64,000 nucleotides of DNA, taken from an uncultured Gammaproteobacteria bacterium. GTDB taxonomy: Bacteria; Pseudomonadota; Gammaproteobacteria; Steroidobacterales; Foliamicaceae. The stretch lies in the NCBI GenBank assembly GCA_964392625.1, contig CAYMQG010000080.1, positions 13,335-77,334 of the forward strand. The letters run 5' to 3'. How positions within the stretch are numbered: position 1 is the first letter of the stretch; each line of letters opens with the position of its first letter. The translations under genes were made by a program, and so were the position numbers. Under the pieces are notes generated by a model that had not been told where the DNA came from, did no database searches, and was given only the letters and a program-made list of their open reading frames with translations. Below, piece after piece: positions 58,694 through 64,000 of this stretch.

Positions 58694-61006
58694 TCAGATG
58701 GGATCCGTGCAGACCAGAACCAACGGCTCCGGCAGTCCTTCCGGCTCCACGACGAACTCGCGGCGCACGTCACGAAAGCCGTCACGGGTCCCGACGGCGG
58801 TGTAGGCGCCGGGGCGTAGCTCAAGCATGCGACTGTCGAAACTTCCCAGGCGGCCAACGTGAAAAATGGTCACTTCGGTGAGACCGTCGGAACGCAGCCA
58901 CACCGGCGCCGGCGTGGCTGCCACCGCCAGGGCCTGCTCGAGGCGGCCGATCTGCCCGTTAAGGCGCGCGCCCGGACCGGGAATGGCCGCGGCTTCGTCC
59001 AGCAGCCGTTTGCCGCGCTGCCAGGCATCGTCCCGGTTCAACGTCCGGGCGTTCGCGATGGTGGTTTCCAATGCATCGTCCAGCCGCGCACGCCCCTCGG
59101 CCTCCGCCAGCCCGCGTTGCGCTGCGACGATGTTCGAGTCGATCTCAAGCATGCCGCGGTAATTGGCGGCCGCCCTGGGCCAGTCTTCCGCGAACCTGCC
59201 CGCCATCGCGGCCGCCTGGAACTGCGCCAGCCGCTGCCCGCGTTCCTCCAGTTCCAGCGCGGCAAGCGCTTCGACCGGCCCGGGATCGTTCGGACGCTGT
59301 TTCCGTGCGGCCTCGAACGCAGTCCGGGCCGCTTCGACATCGCCCTCTCCCAGCGCCGCATGACCGCGCGACATTCGCGAGTTGAACAGTTGCTGATCGA
59401 TCCGGGCATTGACCGTCGACAACTCCCTGCGGGCGGACTGCCGTTCCGGGTCGACCTTGAGCACCGCCTGCCAGGCGGCCCGCTGCTCCTCCAGGCTGCC
59501 TTCCCGCGCGCTGGCCCGCGCTTCGGCCACGGCCTGCATGGTTTCCGGCAGCCGGGCGGCCCGGCGGGACGCGGACTGCACCTCCGGATCGCTCGCTCCG
59601 AGAAGAATGCCGGCCTTTTCGAGTTCCGCCAGAGCACCGGCCTGATCGCCCGATTCGATAGCCTGCAGGGCTTCTTCCAGGGCCCCGCGGCCAATATCGG
59701 GAGCCTCTTCCCGCAGTTGGCGCAGCATCTCCGCCGCCTTTCCGTATGCGCCCTGCGCGTCCGGATATTCGCGCCTGCGATAGAAATCGTCCCCTTTCCG
59801 CTCCTCGGCCATGGCCTGCTCCCAGGCCCCGCCCGACCACATGGAGGGCTGCAGGGCCGCCAGGTAATTTCGGTCCTGCAGCATATCGCCCATGGCCTCA
59901 TCGGCCGCCTCGCGCTGCATTCTCAGCAGCTGCATGTCCTGGCGGGGCGCCTCGGCCTCCTGGATGATGCGTTCGGGCGGAGGACGCCTGCTTGCGCGTT
60001 CTTCCGCGAAGCGCGGCGCCGCGAAAAACAGGACCGCGGCCGCCGCCAGCAGGAGTCCGCCCAATGCATAAGCCACCCACAGCGGCACGCCGGAACTGCG
60101 TTGCAACGCCGGCGGCGCACCGCCGGGGTCGCCGGCGCCGGCTCGAGCTCGCGCGACAATGGCGGCGGCCTGTGACGGGCCTTCGGCGGTGGCGGATTCT
60201 GCCAGTATCTCTTCCAGGGCTGCACGCACGGCCGCCATGGTCACCGGCCTCAGGGCTTCGTCCCGCGCGAGCATCGCGGTAACCAGTTCGGCCAGCTCAT
60301 CGGGAAGCTGCGGCCGCCCTTCGGGGGCGGCGGGAGCTGCCAGCTCCGTGCTGCGAATGGCCTCTTCGCTGATGTCCGGCGCGAATGGCGGATAGCCGCA
60401 CAACAACTCGTAGATGACGCAACCCAGCCCATACACGTCGTCGCTGGTCCGGGCGGAGCGGCCCTCAAGCCGTTGCGGGCTCATATAGGCCAGCGAGCCT
60501 CCGGGACGCCGGACACGCCCGTCGTCGGCATCCGGCAGCACTGCGGCGCCGAAGTCCGTCAGGCAGGCGGCGCCCGACTCGTCCAGCAAAATGTTCTGCG
60601 GCTTGATGTCGCCATGCACCACGCCTTTGCGGTGCGCGTACGCCAGGGCGTCGCAAACCGGCAGCAGGCGCCTCGCGGCGTCGTTCCAGGGTTCGCCGGA
60701 CCGCTCTCCTACATGACCGCCCGGCAGGACGGGCATGGTGAAGAAATGGCTGTTGCCGTCGGAAACGAACTCCTCCGGGCGCACGACGGCCGGATGGACC
60801 AGCGACTGGGCAACGGAGAACTCGCGCCGGAAGCGGTCGATACGCGCCGGATGCCGGGCATATTCATCCGCCAGCAACTTCAGGGCCACTTCACGGCCTT
60901 CCCGCATATCTTCCGCAAGCCACACCTCGCCCAGCCCGCCGGAGCCCAGCGGGCGGACCAGGCGGAACCGATCCGCCAGCATCTCGCCTTGCCTTTTTTG
61001 GGTCAT
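58694..61006 (-). CDS. Transmembrane Hanks-type Ser/Thr protein kinase with periplasmic TPR-like region and C-terminal PEGA-like domain
   Basis: Gly-loop LGSGGLGEVW, VALK lysine, catalytic HGDIKPQNILL, DFG, and activation segment ...YMSPQRL. TM is LWVAYALGGLLLAAAAVLFFAAP. A long helical-repeat ectodomain follows. The C-terminus is EVTIFHVGRLGSFDSRMLELRPGAYTAVGTRDGFRDV. Confidence 0.88.
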   Translation of the reverse strand: MTQKRQGEMLADRFRLVRPLGSGGLGEVWLAEDMREGREVALKLLADEYARHPARIDRFRREFSVAQSLVHPAVVRPEEFVSDGNSHFFTMPVLPGGHVGERSGEPWNDAARRLLPVCDALAYAHRKGVVHGDIKPQNILLDESGAACLTDFGAAVLPDADDGRVRRPGGSLAYMSPQRLEGRSARTSDDVYGLGCVIYELLCGYPPFAPDISEEAIRSTELAAPAAPEGRPQLPDELAELVTAMLARDEALRPVTMAAVRAALEEILAESATAEGPSQAAAIVARARAGAGDPGGAPPALQRSSGVPLWVAYALGGLLLAAAAVLFFAAPRFAEERASRRPPPERIIQEAEAPRQDMQLLRMQREAADEAMGDMLQDRNYLAALQPSMWSGGAWEQAMAEERKGDDFYRRREYPDAQGAYGKAAEMLRQLREEAPDIGRGALEEALQAIESGDQAGALAELEKAGILLGASDPEVQSASRRAARLPETMQAVAEARASAREGSLEEQRAAWQAVLKVDPERQSARRELSTVNARIDQQLFNSRMSRGHAALGEGDVEAARTAFEAARKQRPNDPGPVEALAALELEERGQRLAQFQAAAMAGRFAEDWPRAAANYRGMLEIDSNIVAAQRGLAEAEGRARLDDALETTIANARTLNRDDAWQRGKRLLDEAAAIPGPGARLNGQIGRLEQALAVAATPAPVWLRSDGLTEVTIFHVGRLGSFDSRMLELRPGAYTAVGTRDGFRDVRREFVVEPEGLPEPLVLVCTDPI

Positions 61007-61084
61007 TCAGTCGCCTGGCACGGGCGTGCTTGCCGTGCTTCCGGCTTCAAATGATACGGGCGGGACGCTGCTCCCGCTTCCGTT

Positions 61085-62314
61085 TCAGGGGCGCGACAGG
61101 GACGTGCCCTCAGGCTCTTGCGCACCCGGCGTTTCAAGGTCGCCGGTCTCGCGGGCGTAGATGTCCCGCAACAGGCGGCGCCATTCACGAAACCTCTCCT
61201 CGGCGGATCCGGTCAAACGGCGGGTCTGACCTTCGAGCTCCACCACCATGGGCTCGGCCTCGGCATCGAAGGATTCGCCCACTTCGCGCAGCGCCTCGGC
61301 GTGCATCCTGGCTTCCTCGCGCCGCCCCAGGCTTCCCTGAATTCCCATGAAGCCCCCCTGGATCATGGTGCCTGTCACGCCCATGTTGTCGCCGCCGCTG
61401 GCTTCGTACGCGACAGCGCCCAGAATCCCGAGGACTCCGAGCAGCATGCGCGTATTCGCCGACCTGCGCATTTCCTCGTAACTCAGGCGGCCTTCCCGGG
61501 CCATCCGCCGCCAGTCGGTGTAGGGCCGGTCCAGCCCGTAGTAGAGGTTGGCGTAATGCTCGTTGACGGCGTCTATCAACGCGTATTCCCGCTCCCGCAC
61601 CTCGCGCATGCGGGCGACCATGGGATCGTCGGCAGCCGGCAGGCGCCTGACCTCGTACTGCCCGTCGCCGGTCTCTTCCAGATAGCCGCTGAAAGCCTGC
61701 GGCACGAGGCTCTGCCCGTAGCGCAGGTCGCTGATCTCGCGCACGCGCTGCAAATCGCCGGGACTGAACTGCGCGCGCGCCTGCAGCAGGTCGTTGGCGA
61801 TCTGGTTATAGATGTTCTGGTAGGGATCCTGACCGGGGCCGGTGTTGCGAATGTATGCCTGCTCCGCAACCAGCATTTCATAGTTCTTTTCGAACCACTG
61901 GCGGCCGGACGAGTCCCAGGCGCCGACACGCAGCTGCGCGCTATAGCCGTCCGATTGGTTGATCCTGCCCGAAATCACGACATCCGCAACCGGACTGTAT
62001 TCGGGAAGGACGCTTACCGCTCCCCAATAGCCGGTAGTCTCAAGCGTGCTCTTGAGGTGGTACGGCATGTAGCGCGCTTCGGCGCGGCGAATCTCGGGAA
62101 AGATGAAGCGGTCGTTGAGTTCCTGATCGCTCGCCTCTTCGGGCAGCCCCGCATCAAACACCAGGATGCCGACGTTCAGCAGCGATTCCGATGCAATTTC
62201 GGTCTCCGCGCGCTGCAGCCCCACCTGGGTGTACTGGACCTCGCGCGCGGACGTGCAGGCGCCCAGCACAATGATGCAGGCGGCCAGACCGAGAGTCGTG
62301 ATCGACCGGTTCAT
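61085..62314 (-). CDS. Lipoprotein of unknown function with a C-proximal glycine-zipper segment
   Basis: The ATG at 62314 gives MNRSITTLGLAACIIVLGACTS (lipobox). The later segment LLGVLGILGAVAYEASGGDNMGVTGTMIQGGFMGIQG resembles glycine-zipper membrane hairpins. ATGA overlap with the upstream gene's stop. Confidence 0.65.
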   Translation of the reverse strand: MNRSITTLGLAACIIVLGACTSAREVQYTQVGLQRAETEIASESLLNVGILVFDAGLPEEASDQELNDRFIFPEIRRAEARYMPYHLKSTLETTGYWGAVSVLPEYSPVADVVISGRINQSDGYSAQLRVGAWDSSGRQWFEKNYEMLVAEQAYIRNTGPGQDPYQNIYNQIANDLLQARAQFSPGDLQRVREISDLRYGQSLVPQAFSGYLEETGDGQYEVRRLPAADDPMVARMREVREREYALIDAVNEHYANLYYGLDRPYTDWRRMAREGRLSYEEMRRSANTRMLLGVLGILGAVAYEASGGDNMGVTGTMIQGGFMGIQGSLGRREEARMHAEALREVGESFDAEAEPMVVELEGQTRRLTGSAEERFREWRRLLRDIYARETGDLETPGAQEPEGTSLSRP

Positions 62315-63453
62315 TTTGTTTTCAACCCCATGTGCTTGCGATATTCGTCCCACAATGCCTCGCGTATGCGGGGGTCTTCTTCCTGCTCCGCCGCTTCGCG
62401 AATCTGCCGCGCCACCTGGTCCTCCTTGCCGGTAACCTCCGCAATATCTTCCGGAATCTCGATCTTCGTCTCCGGCTGCTCGCCGGGCGAGCCGTCTTCC
62501 GTCGGCCCGCCTTCTCCTTCGCCTCCGCCGGAGCCGCCACCGCTTCCGGAACTGCTTCCGCCTGCGCTGCTGCCGTCCGATTCGCTGCCCGGGCTTTGGC
62601 CGTCACCGCCAAGACCCCCGCCGCTCGCGTTGGGGATAGTCACCATAGCCCCGCCGGAGCCGCCGGACTCGCCGATCATTCCGCCCGTGCCTCCGGAACC
62701 GGCGGCGGACCCCTGTCCGGCCGATGCCATGGCGCCACGCTCACGGGCAATTTCGCGGTCGTAACCCTCCATGGATTCACGCAGGATTCCCTCGAGGTCG
62801 CCACTGCCTTGTGTGCCGCCTGCACCTCCTCTGCCGCCGGGCTCGCTACCCTGCCCGCCTCCGAAGCCACCGCCGACTCCCGTGGAACCGGCCTGCTGAC
62901 CTCCGGAACCGCCCGGCCGGCCCGAAGGCCCGCCCGCCGAACCGCTGGCGCCTCCCATGGAACCCATGGAACCCTGGGCGCCGCCCTGCGATCCCATCGA
63001 GCCCATCGAACCTCGCGAACCGCCTGGTGTTCCCATGGAGCCACCCATGGAGCCCATCGAACCGCCGGCTGAACCCATCGAACCCCGCGATCCACCGGTT
63101 GAACCCATCGAGCCCATGGAACCGCCGGACGAGCCCATTGAGCCCCCCATCGAACCGCGAGAACCGCCGGAAGAGCCCATCGAACCGCCCATGGAGCCAC
63201 GCGAGCCCCCGGAGGAACCCATGGACCCTTGCGAACCGCCCATGGAACCCTGAGAACCGCCCATGGAGCCCTGCGAACCGCCCATGGAGCCCTGCGAGCC
63301 CCCGGAGGACCCCGAACTGCCGCTGGGCGAAGGCATCGAAACCGGGGGGCCGCCGGACGGCGAGGAAACGCCTCCGGTGGTCTGGCAATTCGCCAGAACC
63401 AGCACTGCGGAGAGCGCCATACAAAAGCCTGAAATACGCACTGTTGCTTTCAT
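62311..63453 (-). CDS. Lipoprotein with extreme Gly/Ser/Met-rich tandem repeats and a conserved-looking charged C-terminus
   Basis: The ATG at 63453 gives MKATVRISGFCMALSAVLVLANCQ (lipobox). Roughly 125 aa of (G-S-M-G / GGSQ / GGSR) repeats follow, then a second Gly/Ser/Asp-rich tract. The C-terminus is EDIAEVTGKEDQVARQIREAAEQEEDPRIREALWDEYRKHMG. Confidence 0.65.
   Translation of the reverse strand: MKATVRISGFCMALSAVLVLANCQTTGGVSSPSGGPPVSMPSPSGSSGSSGGSQGSMGGSQGSMGGSQGSMGGSQGSMGSSGGSRGSMGGSMGSSGGSRGSMGGSMGSSGGSMGSMGSTGGSRGSMGSAGGSMGSMGGSMGTPGGSRGSMGSMGSQGGAQGSMGSMGGASGSAGGPSGRPGGSGGQQAGSTGVGGGFGGGQGSEPGGRGGAGGTQGSGDLEGILRESMEGYDREIARERGAMASAGQGSAAGSGGTGGMIGESGGSGGAMVTIPNASGGGLGGDGQSPGSESDGSSAGGSSSGSGGGSGGGEGEGGPTEDGSPGEQPETKIEIPEDIAEVTGKEDQVARQIREAAEQEEDPRIREALWDEYRKHMGLKTK
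62947..63327. repeat. Imperfect in-frame tandem repeat (9-nt periodicity, higher-order 18-33 nt units) encoding the GSM-rich tract
   Basis: The plus strand shows reiterated cat(g/c)ga(a/g)cc(n) units, e.g. catggaacccatggaaccctgggcgccgccctgcgatcccatcgagcccatcgaacctcgcgaaccgcc... This generates spurious ORFs in several frames on both strands (62724..63485, 62846..63424, 62957..63253). Confidence 0.85.
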
Positions 63454-63532
63454 TAAGGTTGGTCGACCCTCACATTTCAAACTAGCATACCACCGGCGCG
63501 GCCGCGGGCCCTTTGGGTATTTGATGCGCCAA

Positions 63533-63727
63533 TCAGCCGTCGCGTCGCTTACTGTACTCGTCGTAATTCAGCCGGCCCGACCGCACAGCCGGCGGATAGT
63601 GCCCGTACCGTTCCTGTTGGCGCTTCTGCCGGACGCGCCTCATCACCCAGGCAGCCAGATTGAACAGCACGAAGGCGAGCGCGAACAGCGCACCCACGTT
63701 GTCGAAGAAAAAGCTGAACAGATCCAC
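63533..63727 (-). CDS. Small membrane protein (hypothetical)
   Basis: 64 aa. N-terminal hydrophobic helix (FFFDNVGALFALAFVLFNLAAWV) followed by a basic tail (RRVRQKRQQERYGHY). No family recognised. Confidence 0.35.
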   Translation of the reverse strand: MDLFSFFFDNVGALFALAFVLFNLAAWVMRRVRQKRQQERYGHYPPAVRSGRLNYDEYSKRRDG

Positions 63728-63836
63728 GTGTCGCTCGCCTCACATGCAGGATAGCGTATCCACAACAGACTTTATTTTACGCAGATCGCGGTAGTACTAT
63801 CGAAGCCATGTCGCTTGCTGCCCTACGCGGGAACTG

Positions 63837-64000
63837 ATGCGCCCACGCTACCGAAACCTGCTGGCAGTCGTTTTCCTGGCGGGCGTGCTGGTCCTTGTCT
63901 GGCAACTTCAGGGCAGCGAGGCCACTACCACCGTGCTGCTGCTGACGTCCGCCGAGCGTCAGGACGGCGACTCCGCTTCGCTCAGCGATGCCGGCCGGGC
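63837..64000 (+). CDS. 5' end of a CDS running off the window (hypothetical, N-terminal TM/signal anchor)
   Basis: The ATG at 63837 gives MRPRYRNLLAVVFLAGVLVLVWQLQGSEATTTVLLLTSAERQDGD..., open to the window end with GC-rich third positions. It is not in the ORF track because no stop is reached. Confidence 0.4.
   Translation, partial: MRPRYRNLLAVVFLAGVLVLVWQLQGSEATTTVLLLTSAERQDGDSASLSDAGR

Noticed and set aside
55888-61006. FHA plus Ser/Thr kinase read as a type VI secretion post-translational regulatory module (Fha1/PpkA-like).
   Set aside because: No Tss core genes (TssA-M, Hcp, VgrG, ClpV) occur anywhere in the window. The kinase ectodomain is TPR/PEGA rather than the vWA domain of PpkA.
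62947-63327. Whether this regular repeat array could be a CRISPR array.
   Set aside because: The period is 9 nt with no unique spacers, the array lies inside a coding frame, and there are no cas genes. It is a coding tandem repeat.
62724-63485. Several plus- and minus-strand ORFs with periodic translations (MEPMEP..., PWNPWNP..., RFHGFHG...).
   Set aside because: These are frame-shifted or antisense readings of the GSM tandem repeat. Only the minus frame, with a lipobox N-terminus and a non-repetitive C-terminus coupled by ATGA to the next gene, is credible.

Overview
A visibly GC-rich window (I estimate about two-thirds G+C, not computed). The gene content and order look like a gammaproteobacterial chromosome, and about 85% of it is coding. 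I see no rRNA, CRISPR array, transposase or integrase.

Most of the window is conserved housekeeping synteny:
- an ABC-2 exporter with a HlyD-family adaptor
- tadA-guaA-guaB / xseA
- der-bamB-yfgM-hisS-rodZ-pilW-rlmN-ndk-iscA-iscS
- suhB, secF-secD-yajC-tgt-queA
- uvrB, an aminotransferase, an MscS-family channel
- lapB-lapA-ihfB-rpsA-cmk-aroA-serA-serC-gyrA
- ppk-ppx

There are three tRNAs: Ser-CGA, Leu-CAA and Asn-GTT. Many neighbouring genes are translationally coupled through ATGA overlaps.

The non-housekeeping part is 48.2-63.5 kb.
1. A tight minus-strand operon runs sixA-like phosphatase -> MotA/ExbB-like proton-channel subunit -> Hsp70-fold protein with a C-terminal FHA domain -> ExbD/MotB-like TM(Asp)-coiled-coil-vWA protein. 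This looks like an ion-driven 5:2-type stator unit with an unusual output domain and a phospho-threonine reader.
2. On the other side of ppk/ppx lies a second minus-strand module. It has two coupled lipoproteins (one with an extreme Gly/Ser/Met tandem repeat), then a transmembrane Ser/Thr kinase with a TPR ectodomain, then an FHA-like-TM-PEGA-FGE/SUMF1 protein, then a small acidic anchored protein.

Together they read as one pThr-signalling envelope system with no recognisable PP2C phosphatase.

Other oddities:
- an IscS-type cysteine desulfurase fused to an IscU-like domain that has lost all three cluster-ligand cysteines
- an aroA that can only start at a non-canonical codon (CTG behind a perfect AAGGAGG)
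- an SDR lacking the catalytic Tyr/Lys
- an AT-rich patch that replaces the 3' end of suhB

All functional calls come from reading the translations by eye. No database search was run.
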